A DNA stretch of 60,474 nt, taken from positions 1 to 60,474 of the IMG/VR virus record IMGVR_UViG_3300008267_000327. The stretch is one strand, 5' to 3'. Numbering within the stretch: position 1 is the stretch's first letter; every line of letters starts with the position of its first letter. Of this stretch, positions 49,464-58,816 are shown one piece after another. Made by a program: the position numbers and the translations under genes. The notes under the pieces were generated by a model. It saw only the letters and a program-made list of their open reading frames with translations. It was not told where the DNA came from and did no database searches. This DNA is from a virus (taxonomy: Duplodnaviria > Caudoviricetes).

Positions 49464-49952
49464 ATGCAAACATTCTTACCATACTCCGACTTCAAAAAAT
49501 CCCTTGAAGTCTTGGATAACAAAAGATTAGGAAAACAGAGGGTAGAAACATATCAGATTATATCTGCTATAACTAGAAGACCAAAATTAGACGGGACACC
49601 ATACAAGGGTTGGATAAACCATCCTTGTTCAATAATGTGGCAAAAATTTGTCCCTGCGTTAAAATTTTACTATAATTGTTCAATAGACGAATGGGTCAAA
49701 AGAGGTTTTAAAAATACAATGGTTAAAGAAATAATTGAAGAACCAATTATTTTACCTGATTGGTTTGGGTTTGAAGATTTTCATTCATCCCATCGGGCCA
49801 ATCTACTAAAAAAAGAATTAACTTATTATTCAAAATACAGTTGGACTGAAAATCCACAAGACCCTTATGTCTGGTTAGATAAAGATGGTAAGTGGTATAA
49901 ACAAATTGCAGGACAAAAGGATAGAATCTATTATGAAACAACTCAGTTTTAA
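49464..49952 (+). CDS. pyrimidine-dimer DNA glycosylase family protein (DenV-like)
   Basis: MQTFLPY..LDNKRLGKQRVE..HPC..MW..SHRANLL. Confidence 0.8.
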   Translation: MQTFLPYSDFKKSLEVLDNKRLGKQRVETYQIISAITRRPKLDGTPYKGWINHPCSIMWQKFVPALKFYYNCSIDEWVKRGFKNTMVKEIIEEPIILPDWFGFEDFHSSHRANLLKKELTYYSKYSWTENPQDPYVWLDKDGKWYKQIAGQKDRIYYETTQF

Positions 49953-50460
49953 CAAAAATGGAGAAAAACATGAACCAATAAAATTTTGGAATTTAGACGA
50001 TGGTAATATCATCGCGATTTATCAAGGAAATCGAGGTAAAAATCCTGAACTTGATTACATTGTAAAATATTTGGCACCCGGGAAAAGATTAAGGGCACCA
50101 TCACACACCCATTGGATTGTGGACTTACTTATAAAAGCGGAAAGACATAAAGAAATTGTAAAAAACTTTATTCAAGAATGGTATGAATTGTATGATATAA
50201 TCGAACCCTTCAATTCAAACGAAGAAAGAAAATCTTATAAACCGTTTTACAGACATTATATGACGGGTAAGTATTTCACTCTATGTCCTTATGGTGATTT
50301 TGGGGTTGAATTTTTATCCATACTTATAGAATTATTTATAAAGTGTGAAAAACAAAGTGAAGGTGCATATATGTTTAAAAATATGTTAGGGTTAGTAAAA
50401 GATTATTGTGAAGGAAAAAAAGATTTTTACCAAATAATTTCTCATTCTAAAAGAGTTTAA
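49933..50460 (+). CDS. hypothetical protein
   Basis: PSHTHWIVDLL; probable ATG at 49933. Confidence 0.7.
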   Translation: MKQLSFNKNGEKHEPIKFWNLDDGNIIAIYQGNRGKNPELDYIVKYLAPGKRLRAPSHTHWIVDLLIKAERHKEIVKNFIQEWYELYDIIEPFNSNEERKSYKPFYRHYMTGKYFTLCPYGDFGVEFLSILIELFIKCEKQSEGAYMFKNMLGLVKDYCEGKKDFYQIISHSKRV

Positions 50461-50487
50461 ATACCTTTGTCAAAACAAATAAAAATT

Positions 50488-50997
50488 ATGAAAAAGTATC
50501 TACTGTTGGTTTTTGGTGATTTAGAAAAAGAAAATGTGATTGATGCGGTATTTCATGGAATGACTACCGTTGTAGACTCCAAATTTTTGAAGTTTCAATT
50601 TACAAATGGAACCGGAATATTCCATTTTGCGTCAGAAGTGAACCATGAAGATTTGTATGACTTTATTACCGGACTTTTTTATGGTATATCTGAAAACTTT
50701 ATACTGACAGAAGTGTCTGACAAATTGACAGTTCACATGGAGGATAAAGTTAAGGCACACTTATTGGATTTAGATAATGAAACAGAATCAGTAGAAATGA
50801 CCTTTGATTTTTCAACAATGAATAAACCCGGTATAGAAGAGTTTAGTGATGACTTTGTTGAATTTATTTTAGACGAATTCAAAAAAGAAGTTAAACCTCC
50901 AACTTTGAATCAAATCTTAGATAAGATTAATGAAAAAGGAATAAAATCCCTTTCTGCATACGAAAAAGAAATTTTAGACAACTATAGTAAAAATTAA
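50488..50997 (+). CDS. hypothetical protein with a DUF6576-like C-terminus
   Basis: LNQILDKINEKGIKSLSAYEKEIL; TACCTTTG at 50462-50469. Confidence 0.65.
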   Translation: MKKYLLLVFGDLEKENVIDAVFHGMTTVVDSKFLKFQFTNGTGIFHFASEVNHEDLYDFITGLFYGISENFILTEVSDKLTVHMEDKVKAHLLDLDNETESVEMTFDFSTMNKPGIEEFSDDFVEFILDEFKKEVKPPTLNQILDKINEKGIKSLSAYEKEILDNYSKN

Positions 50998-51000
50998 ATT

Positions 51001-51801
51001 ATGAAAGAAAAAAATTCGGTAATTCCAATTAACCAAGAAGAAATCTCCTCTTATTTGAAAGATATCAGGAAGTTAAAAGTTATGACACCTGATAGAGAAA
51101 GATTTCTATCTGAGAGAATGCAGTCAGGAACCCTGACCACTGAGCAAGAAAAAGAAATAAAAAAAGAATTACTTGAAGGTAATTTGAGATTCGTTATTAC
51201 TGTGAGTAAACAATATCAAAATCAAGGTTTAGAATTACCTGATTTGATTGCGGAGGGTAATTACGGACTATTGAGAGCAATTGAAAATTTTGATTGGACA
51301 AAGAACCTAAGATTCATATCCTACGCTGTATGGTGGGTTAGACAATCAATTTTACAGTCTTTGAACGAAAACGCTCGGACAATTAGATTCCCAGTTAATG
51401 TCGTCCAAGAGTTTCAAAAGGCTAAAAAAGAACAAGAAATTACGGGAGAAGAACTACCGGATAAATACGTGAACTTACCATACACTATTAATTTAGATAA
51501 TCCTTTGAATGAAGAAGGAGATACTCTATTGGATGTTTTAGAAAACCCGAACTCAGAAAAACCTGAGGAAGTTTTCTCAACTAAAGACGTTCTAAAAGAT
51601 AAACTAATGTCAATTCTTAACATCCTTGATGAAAGAGAGAAAGTAATTATAGAGGATTATTTTGGTCTCACAGGTAGTCAAAGAACTTTAGAAGACATTG
51701 GAAATGATTTCGATTTGACTAAAGAAAGGGTTCGTCAGATTAAGGAAAAGGCTCTCAGGAAACTACGAAACGAATCGAGTATACTATTCGATTATTTATA
51801 A
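51001..51801 (+). CDS. sigma70-family RNA polymerase sigma factor, Bacteroidota RpoD-like
   Basis: NLRFVITVSKQYQNQG, DLIAEGN.GL, FISYAVWWVRQSI, TLEDIG..LTKERVRQIKEKALRKL. Confidence 0.92.
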   Translation: MKEKNSVIPINQEEISSYLKDIRKLKVMTPDRERFLSERMQSGTLTTEQEKEIKKELLEGNLRFVITVSKQYQNQGLELPDLIAEGNYGLLRAIENFDWTKNLRFISYAVWWVRQSILQSLNENARTIRFPVNVVQEFQKAKKEQEITGEELPDKYVNLPYTINLDNPLNEEGDTLLDVLENPNSEKPEEVFSTKDVLKDKLMSILNILDEREKVIIEDYFGLTGSQRTLEDIGNDFDLTKERVRQIKEKALRKLRNESSILFDYL

Positions 51802-51811
51802 TTTCAAATTT

Positions 51812-51845
51812 AGGGTGTATTTATTTAATACACCTTTTATTTTTG
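51812..51845 (+). terminator. terminator-like hairpin overlapping a TATTTAT motif
   Basis: AGGGTGTATT-tattt-AATACACCTT followed by a T-rich tract. Confidence 0.65.
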
Positions 51846-51863
51846 TAATAAAACAACATAATT

Positions 51864-52148
51864 ATGAAAAAATTTATAAAAGAAAATTTTACAACAATTG
51901 TTTTAATAATTTCCGTTTTGACATTGTTCAAAAGTTGTGGAGACTCACGAGAGCTATCTTCAATAAAAAAAGAAATTAAACAAATCAAAGATTCTACATA
52001 TACTAAAAATGAGTTGAATGTGGAATTGAAAGTATCGGGATTAGAGGCCGAGAAAAGAATGATACAAGCGACAGATAGAAGTATCTTAGATGTTCAAAGA
52101 CAAACTCAGATAGAACAGGAAATAAAACAATTAAGAGGAGGTAAATAA
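51864..52148 (+). CDS. membrane-anchored or lipoprotein-like coiled-coil protein
   Basis: hydrophobic N-terminus ending LFKSC. Confidence 0.6.
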   Translation: MKKFIKENFTTIVLIISVLTLFKSCGDSRELSSIKKEIKQIKDSTYTKNELNVELKVSGLEAEKRMIQATDRSILDVQRQTQIEQEIKQLRGGK

Positions 52149-52945
52149 TGAATTGGTTCCAAAGAAATTTTAAAACATTAATCTATTGTTCCTTTTTGGT
52201 TCCAATACTTACGGTTGCAATCGTGTCAATATCTCACGTAACAAAATGGTATGGAATATCAAACCCTCTTAGTTGGGCAATTTACCTTTCAGTAGGTATT
52301 GAAATTGCTGCTTTGTCGGCACTTGCTGCAATATCTGCAAAGATGGGGAAAAAGGTTTATTTTCCATTTATCATCGTGACTTTAGTTCAGTTCATTGGAA
52401 ACATATTTTTCGCTTATCAATATATTGATGTCAACAGCGAATCATTTAAAGATTGGGTGGATATGGTGGACCCACTAGTGACCTATTTAGGTGTGGAGTC
52501 CGGTAATGTCATAGGACACAAAAGATTTCTAGCTTTGTTTGCAGGTGGAATGCTTCCACTTATTTCATTGTCGTTTTTACATATGTTAGTGAAATTTGAA
52601 GAAGAGGAAAAGAAAACTCCTAACATAGAACCAATTATTGACATCGATGCTTTAAGTATAGAAGCGGGAAAAAAAGAGGCGGAAATTGAAAAAGAAAAAT
52701 ATACACCAACCGATGAAGACCTAAAAAAATTAGAAGAAGTTTTGTTAAAATCATCTCAAGCACCAAAAAACGCTTCTGAAATGATATTGACAACTGAGGA
52801 AGATATTATCAAATCAATACCTCCGGATGATGAAATGTCTGATTGGGATATCACACTTATGGATGGTTTGGAAGACGAAAGTATCCAAGAAATACCTGAA
52901 CAAAAAGAGGAACCCATTAAAAAAACATTAGTTTACACAAAATGA
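52148..52945 (+). CDS. four-TM membrane protein with an acidic tail
   Basis: four hydrophobic segments; next to the amidase gene. Confidence 0.65.
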   Translation: MNWFQRNFKTLIYCSFLVPILTVAIVSISHVTKWYGISNPLSWAIYLSVGIEIAALSALAAISAKMGKKVYFPFIIVTLVQFIGNIFFAYQYIDVNSESFKDWVDMVDPLVTYLGVESGNVIGHKRFLALFAGGMLPLISLSFLHMLVKFEEEEKKTPNIEPIIDIDALSIEAGKKEAEIEKEKYTPTDEDLKKLEEVLLKSSQAPKNASEMILTTEEDIIKSIPPDDEMSDWDITLMDGLEDESIQEIPEQKEEPIKKTLVYTK

Positions 52946-52946
52946 A

Positions 52947-53555
52947 ATGGTTAATATCGAAGAATATAACAAATTTATAGGCGTTGGTAAAACCAAAGTA
53001 AAAAAACAAATTATTATTTGTCATACGTCAAGGGAGGTTGAGGAATACTTAACCTCCTTAAAATTTAGATACAATCAAAAATATGACAAAATACCTCATT
53101 ACGTTATAACCAAATCCGGAAAAATCTTACAACTACTTCCCAACCAAGAATACAGTAATTTTTTCTACGATGAAAGTATCAATAGAAATTCTGTAATAGT
53201 TTCTTTGGAAAATTTAGGTTGGTTAGAAAAGAAACCACTCACAAATCAATACATTAACTGGAAAGGAAATATTTATATTGACAAGCCTTATGAAAAAAAG
53301 TGGAGAGACTATTTTTTTTGGGAACCATATACCGATTTTCAATTTGAAAGTTTACTTAATTTAAGTTTAGAACTTTGTAGTAATTTGAAAATACAAAAAA
53401 AATGTACTGGTCACAACACAAAAATAAATGGAGTTAAAAATTTTGATGGAATTGTTTTCAGGAGTAATTATGACGAAAGATTTACTGACCTCAACCCATC
53501 CTTTAATTTTGAAAATTTTTTAAATAAAATACAATATGAGCAGATATCACGATGA
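52947..53555 (+). CDS. N-acetylmuramoyl-L-alanine amidase-like protein (Amidase_2)
   Basis: IIICHT, HYVI..G.I, SLE, TGH, DLNP. Confidence 0.7.
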   Translation: MVNIEEYNKFIGVGKTKVKKQIIICHTSREVEEYLTSLKFRYNQKYDKIPHYVITKSGKILQLLPNQEYSNFFYDESINRNSVIVSLENLGWLEKKPLTNQYINWKGNIYIDKPYEKKWRDYFFWEPYTDFQFESLLNLSLELCSNLKIQKKCTGHNTKINGVKNFDGIVFRSNYDERFTDLNPSFNFENFLNKIQYEQISR

Positions 53556-54099
53556 TAGATACGATGAAATAAAATCCTTGATTAAGAAATCAAGATATAT
53601 TAACGAACAGAACGAAAGGATTAATATCGGAAAAAGTATCGAAGATAGAATTAAATCAGATACCGGTTATGAAACCGCCGAAGACCCTGAAGAAGAAGAA
53701 AAGAAAACCCCGGACGATAAAGTTCAAAAATATAAAATTGGTGGTGGAATTTTGGCACTACATGGTAAGCAAAGAGATAAATTACAAATCACTTCCGATG
53801 ATAAAAGTGCGTTCATGGAAACAATGGATGAATTTATCGAGGAGGTTTCCGATTTGGTTGACTTCAATGAGCTGAACGTTTATACAAATAACGTTGAATG
53901 GTCCGGTAAAATAATAGACCAAGACATGGATTTTATTTTCACTATAGGAGAAAGTAATGGGATTTATATAAATGGTGATGCCGTGAAAGTGGACCCTGAC
54001 TTTTTGGATATGATTAATAAACTTCAAAGGTTTTATGAAAAATTCAAATCAAAATGGTCAAAAATAATCGCACAAAGAAAAATAACTAAAGAAGAATGA
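53536..54099 (+). CDS. hypothetical protein
   Basis: 187-aa acidic ORF. Confidence 0.7.
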   Translation: MSRYHDDRYDEIKSLIKKSRYINEQNERINIGKSIEDRIKSDTGYETAEDPEEEEKKTPDDKVQKYKIGGGILALHGKQRDKLQITSDDKSAFMETMDEFIEEVSDLVDFNELNVYTNNVEWSGKIIDQDMDFIFTIGESNGIYINGDAVKVDPDFLDMINKLQRFYEKFKSKWSKIIAQRKITKEE

Positions 54100-54440
54100 A
54101 AAATTTATTAGAGACTTCTGTCAAAATATTTATTGTAATTGCAATATTGTATCTTGTCTTCAATTCTTTTTTTAACACTTCAATAGACCAAGAGTATAAA
54201 AAGTCTATTGATTCATTGAATACGAATATACAGATGCTTGAGAAAAAACAAGATAGTCTGAATCAGGATATCAAGAATTATCAAACTGAAATTACTAAGG
54301 TGGATAATACCATCCAAACAATAAAAAATCAAAAAACAATTGTTAAAGAATACTATCATGAAAAAATTATTTCTATTGACGGTTTTTCTCGTAGCGAAAT
54401 CGACACTTTTTTCACAAACCGTTACGGATACAACAACTAA
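54096..54440 (+). CDS. i-spanin-like protein (N-terminal TM + coiled coil)
   Basis: IFIVIAILYLVF followed by a heptad-rich region. Confidence 0.55.
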   Translation: MKNLLETSVKIFIVIAILYLVFNSFFNTSIDQEYKKSIDSLNTNIQMLEKKQDSLNQDIKNYQTEITKVDNTIQTIKNQKTIVKEYYHEKIISIDGFSRSEIDTFFTNRYGYNN

Positions 54441-54768
54441 GTGTTTTCCAATTCCTATGGTTAAACTAATAATGAAGGACCTTCTCAGTGGAGATGAGGC
54501 GAAAGAACAATTAAAACTTTCGGAACTACAACTTAAAGAGATGGAAAACAAAGTAAATTTGAAAGATAGTATAATTTACAAGATGAATGAGAAAGAGAAA
54601 ACTTACATGCAGTTGATTTTTGACGAAAGAAGTAAATACAGCATATTAGAAGACCATACCAAGAAGGTTGAAAATGGTTTAAAGATAGAAAAATTGAAAG
54701 GAAGGTTCAGTAGAAGTATTCTTGGTGGGGGAGTCGCAATATTAATTTTATTATTAATTTTAAAATAA
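54358..54768 (+). CDS. signal-peptide coiled-coil protein with C-terminal TM (candidate spanin partner)
   Basis: MKKLFLLTVFLV..FSQ; overlaps the upstream gene by 83 nt. Confidence 0.55.
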   Translation: MKKLFLLTVFLVAKSTLFSQTVTDTTTKCFPIPMVKLIMKDLLSGDEAKEQLKLSELQLKEMENKVNLKDSIIYKMNEKEKTYMQLIFDERSKYSILEDHTKKVENGLKIEKLKGRFSRSILGGGVAILILLLILK

Positions 54769-55013
54769 TGGCACTAACTAATACAGAAAAAAAAGAAATT
54801 GAGACTATGATTCGTAAAGAAATTAAAAACTTTATGGATAGTTCGACTATTAAACAGTTCGAAGATAAATTTATGGAAAAAATTATCAAGGACATAAAAA
54901 GAGGTAAGTTAGAGGGAGAGGTGAAAGAGATAACATTAAAAATGTTCAGAGAATTCTATCAATTCATGTGGATGAATAGAAGTTATTGGGAACCAAGATT
55001 AAAAAATGCTTAA
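54768..55013 (+). CDS. hypothetical protein
   Basis: 81-aa coupled ORF. Confidence 0.7.
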   Translation: MALTNTEKKEIETMIRKEIKNFMDSSTIKQFEDKFMEKIIKDIKRGKLEGEVKEITLKMFREFYQFMWMNRSYWEPRLKNA

Positions 55014-55713
55014 TATGGAAAATTCAAAAGAGTTGTTTAGAAAAAAAATTTCAGATGCTTTTAATTCTTTACCAGAAATAAATACTAAAACTATGCTTGA
55101 TTCGGTAAAGTATCAAGGTATGGTTAAAGAAGACGGTGAAGTTGAAGAAAAATGGAGTGAAAAATATAAAAAAAGCATTGATTGTAATAACCCTAAGGGA
55201 TTTAGTCAAAAGGCTCATTGCCAAGGAAGAAAGAAGAAAAAAGAAACCAAAGAAGCGACTGGTTCAGGTTCTTCAGGAGGATATGAAGCACCTTTATTTG
55301 GTGAAGAAAAAGATACTGAAAAATTTGAAGCTCCTGTGGCTTTTGCCGATAGTGAATTTGTAAGGAGAAGTCACTCAGAAACCAAAAAAATTGAGGCGAC
55401 TGAAGCGACAGGTAGTGGTTCTGTAGGAGCATACTCAACACCCGCATTTTTAGCAAAATCAACAAGTAAAAAAAATTGGAGAGGCAAATCAAAAACACAA
55501 ATACCGGGAGGAACTTTTGTATCTGTAAAGAAAAAATGTAAAAAGTTCCCATACTGTAACCAAGGTGATATAAACGCTCTCAATATCTTCAAAGAAGAAT
55601 CAGTTCAAGAAGCGATAAAGACGGTCTCTGAAAAATTAAACCTCAGTGAAAATGTAATTAAAGCTATTTTGGATTATGAGTATGAAAAATTGGGTAAAGA
55701 AAGATATTTATAA
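55006..55713 (+). CDS. putative head/core protein with short motifs
   Basis: KWSEKYKKSIDCNNPKGFSQKAHC; two copies of EATGSGS.G.Y..P. Confidence 0.6.
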   Translation: MLNMENSKELFRKKISDAFNSLPEINTKTMLDSVKYQGMVKEDGEVEEKWSEKYKKSIDCNNPKGFSQKAHCQGRKKKKETKEATGSGSSGGYEAPLFGEEKDTEKFEAPVAFADSEFVRRSHSETKKIEATEATGSGSVGAYSTPAFLAKSTSKKNWRGKSKTQIPGGTFVSVKKKCKKFPYCNQGDINALNIFKEESVQEAIKTVSEKLNLSENVIKAILDYEYEKLGKERYL

Positions 55714-55728
55714 TAAAATAATATTAAC

Positions 55729-57108
55729 ATGAAATTATCAGGAAAAAGTATAGACAAACTTGTTGAAAGTATTTTGAACGAGGAAATAAATAACAAAGTT
55801 TCTTTAGTAGTTGAGAAATTAAAAGGTAAACAACATAAATTAGATGTTGCGGCACCGAAAGGTAAATTAACTAAAGCGGATTTTGACAAATTAAGAGGTG
55901 CAAAGAAAAAAGAAGCCAAAGAAGGTAAGGGAATGTGTGAACAATGTGGTAGTGAGATGTCCGAAGGTGTATGTAATGAATGTGGAAGTGTTGGTGTTTT
56001 TGAAGGGGACGATATAGAAGTTGGAGAAGGAAATAAATTTTCCGGAGAATTAGAAAAAGCGAGAAAAGAAAATAAAAAAGAATTTACTGTTGATGGCAAA
56101 ACTTATCCTGTAAAAGAAGGTAAGGAAAAATGGATTCAAAAAACAGGGATGAAAAAAGGTGCACTACATAAAAAACTTGGAGTTCCTGAAGATGAGACAA
56201 TACCTGTTTCTAAATTAAAATCATTAAAAAAAGAATTACAAGGTAAATCTAAGGGTGATAAGAAACTTTCAGCGTCAGACCTGAAACTTCTTAAACAAGT
56301 CAATATGGCGTTAAATTTAAAAAGTTTAAAAGAAAGTAGTGTTTTAAACTTAACTGAAACAGAATTGGTTGACATGATTGAAAACATTGTTTTAGAACAA
56401 AAAACCAAAAAAGAGGAAGATATTAAAGTTTCAAAAGTGACAAACAAATTGAAGGATACAATAAGTAAAAAATATGTGCCAGGTTTGGCAAAAACACAAA
56501 AAAGTTTGGATGCAAGTAAAAAAGAAAATGATGATTATATTGCATCTGTTACCAAAAAAATGAAAGAATATTTAAAAAATGGTTCTGAAGAAACATATGA
56601 ATCTAATCCCGAAAAATTCCCACAAGGAAATGGACAAATGAAAAAAGGAGATGTTAAAGCATACTCTCCATCAGATGCTGTTGAAGAATACATTGAAGCG
56701 TTTTCTTATCCCGGTATGACAAACTTAGTGTATGACGAAATTAAACCTGAAGAAGAAAAAATAGAAATGTATCTAAAAGGTAATTCTAAAACAGGTAATG
56801 CTGAAGTTGATGAATCAGGAAAGGCGTTAGGTAATGTTGTTCCAAGTAAGACAGGGGAAAGATTCATGAAGAATTACAAAGACAATTTATACGGTGCAGA
56901 ACAAATGGGTGCTTCTTATAAGAGATATCCACAAGACACTATTGAAGTTGCTGGAGAAAAAAGAAAAGACGGAAAATTGAAAAATACAAGTAAGGCTCAA
57001 AAAGTTTTAAATAAAGTCGAAGAATCGGAAGAAAAGAAAGAAAAAATAATTTCCGAAGAGATGAATAAGATGAAAAATCTTATTTCTTACAATAAGAAAA
57101 CTCAATAA
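55729..57108 (+). CDS. putative head/core protein, Lys/Glu-rich and modular
   Basis: LVESILNEE, CEQCG..CNECG, KWIQK..KKGALHKKLGVP, LTETELVDMIE; TATTTATA at 55705-55712. Confidence 0.6.
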   Translation: MKLSGKSIDKLVESILNEEINNKVSLVVEKLKGKQHKLDVAAPKGKLTKADFDKLRGAKKKEAKEGKGMCEQCGSEMSEGVCNECGSVGVFEGDDIEVGEGNKFSGELEKARKENKKEFTVDGKTYPVKEGKEKWIQKTGMKKGALHKKLGVPEDETIPVSKLKSLKKELQGKSKGDKKLSASDLKLLKQVNMALNLKSLKESSVLNLTETELVDMIENIVLEQKTKKEEDIKVSKVTNKLKDTISKKYVPGLAKTQKSLDASKKENDDYIASVTKKMKEYLKNGSEETYESNPEKFPQGNGQMKKGDVKAYSPSDAVEEYIEAFSYPGMTNLVYDEIKPEEEKIEMYLKGNSKTGNAEVDESGKALGNVVPSKTGERFMKNYKDNLYGAEQMGASYKRYPQDTIEVAGEKRKDGKLKNTSKAQKVLNKVEESEEKKEKIISEEMNKMKNLISYNKKTQ

Positions 57109-57153
57109 AAATTCACATTATTTATAAATTGATTATATTCTCCATAGTAAACT

Positions 57154-57612
57154 ATGGAGAATTTTTTTAATTGGATGTCACAACCCATTCCAAAGGATGA
57201 AGTAATAGTTTGGTTTAATATTCATAACATGAGTTATGAGAAAATTGAATTGTATGGTGATATTTTCAAATCACTGTATCAAATTATTAATAATACCTAC
57301 TTAGGTTCCGACAACTCAGAAACAAAAATATTTTTGAGTGATGAAGATAACCAAAACCATTTTGAATGGTGTTGGAAAACTATTTTGGATTTGTTCAAAA
57401 AAGAAAATATACATTTGAAACCGGATGGACAACTAAAAAACTATTTCAAATCCTTTTTTTCTGAAACTTTTTATGAGCCAAATCAAAAAAATATCAAATT
57501 GGCAATTCCCAATTTTCTAGATGATGTGTTTTGTTTAGACACTCCTTTTACGAAATCGGACTTAGATTTATTAACAGAAGTCTATAACTTATTAGAAAAA
57601 AATATGGAATAA
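57154..57612 (+). CDS. hypothetical protein
   Basis: 152-aa ORF. Confidence 0.7.
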   Translation: MENFFNWMSQPIPKDEVIVWFNIHNMSYEKIELYGDIFKSLYQIINNTYLGSDNSETKIFLSDEDNQNHFEWCWKTILDLFKKENIHLKPDGQLKNYFKSFFSETFYEPNQKNIKLAIPNFLDDVFCLDTPFTKSDLDLLTEVYNLLEKNME

Positions 57613-57670
57613 ATCCCTTTTCTATTTACACCAGCAATAAAAAAATTAAATTTTATTAAAATAAACAATT

Positions 57671-57853
57671 ATGGAAACATTAGAACAAATCAAAACTTTG
57701 GTAGAGTCATTAACCACTGACACAACCAAATTCTACGCAGGAAACAAAAGTGCGGGAACAAGAGCTAGAAAATCGGCTCAAGAACTAAAATCTTTGCTTC
57801 AACAATTAAGAGGTGAAATTTTGGAAAACAGAAAGACTACTGAAAATGCTTAA
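57671..57853 (+). CDS. histone H1-like (Hc1-family) small DNA-binding protein
   Basis: KFYAGNKSAGTRARKSAQELK. Confidence 0.75.
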   Translation: METLEQIKTLVESLTTDTTKFYAGNKSAGTRARKSAQELKSLLQQLRGEILENRKTTENA

Positions 57854-58034
57854 TTTGAATACTTTATTTTTTTTCATACTAGTCTTTACATCCTTAGTCT
57901 CTTTAAGGGGCTTTGGTAAAATTATAGGCTCCCTGTTAAGTGGAGAACCCTTAATCTTGGTATTCAGTAATAGGGAGCTTATATATTTTTCATTATCATT
58001 TAGCTACGTAATAACATATATTTTTAACAAATGA
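57846..58034 (+). CDS. small two-TM membrane protein
   Basis: probable ATG at 57846; two hydrophobic segments. Confidence 0.6.
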   Translation: MLNLNTLFFFILVFTSLVSLRGFGKIIGSLLSGEPLILVFSNRELIYFSLSFSYVITYIFNK

Positions 58035-58465
58035 GTTTTTATAAAGAAATACTACCATTCATTGATTTTATTCATTCAATAAGAAAACTTGAATCATATT
58101 TGAGTTTTGATATGAAATTCCCGGTTAAATGGAATTTACCTAAAAATCTTGGCGAAGAAGGACAATTAATTCCTTTCGAAGTTGGTGTTGATAATATGAA
58201 AGGATGGTCATTCGTTAGCAAAACTGATGAAAGTGAAATCAATTTAGTTTTAACAAAGATTTTAAAAATTATCAAGTATAATAAAGAAAGAGAAATCAAA
58301 GAAAGATTATTTAAAGATACTGTGGATAAATTGAAATCTACATTCGAAAAAACAGATTTAGATAAACTTCAAAAGTTATATTTTGATTTTGAATCAGATT
58401 ATGACGAAACATCTTTAGACGATGAGCAAAACGGACAGGAATCAACAAGCCTTAACGTGGCTTGA
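58031..58465 (+). CDS. hypothetical protein
   Basis: coupled ORF. Confidence 0.7.
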   Translation: MSFYKEILPFIDFIHSIRKLESYLSFDMKFPVKWNLPKNLGEEGQLIPFEVGVDNMKGWSFVSKTDESEINLVLTKILKIIKYNKEREIKERLFKDTVDKLKSTFEKTDLDKLQKLYFDFESDYDETSLDDEQNGQESTSLNVA

Positions 58466-58622
58466 GAAAGAAAAACAAAAGGATAATCTCGAAATTAAAT
58501 CAACTAAGGATAAACTCATAAAAGAAATTAAGGGTTTAAACAAAGAAGAGTTATTCAAAAAAGAACCTGAAAAAAAGACGACAATATGGCAGAAGATAAG
58601 ACAAATGATTTGGGGGAATTAG
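58422..58622 (+). CDS. hypothetical protein
   Basis: 66-aa overlapping ORF. Confidence 0.6.
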   Translation: MSKTDRNQQALTWLEKEKQKDNLEIKSTKDKLIKEIKGLNKEELFKKEPEKKTTIWQKIRQMIWGN

Positions 58623-58816
58623 AAAAATTGGCATTGATTGCCGATTCGTTACAAACCTTATTCAAAGGAAGGTCATCTGTTGCTTTAGAGTTGAATAAAG
58701 AGGAATATATAAAAATGATTAACCATTTCAGGGAAATCGACAGACATCACAAACAATTCACAATTGATATCTCAGGAACTAATTTTCTTTTTATTTTGGA
58801 CGAGGATATGTTGTAA
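58586..58816 (+). CDS. hypothetical protein
   Basis: 76-aa overlapping ORF. Confidence 0.6.
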   Translation: MAEDKTNDLGELEKLALIADSLQTLFKGRSSVALELNKEEYIKMINHFREIDRHHKQFTIDISGTNFLFILDEDML

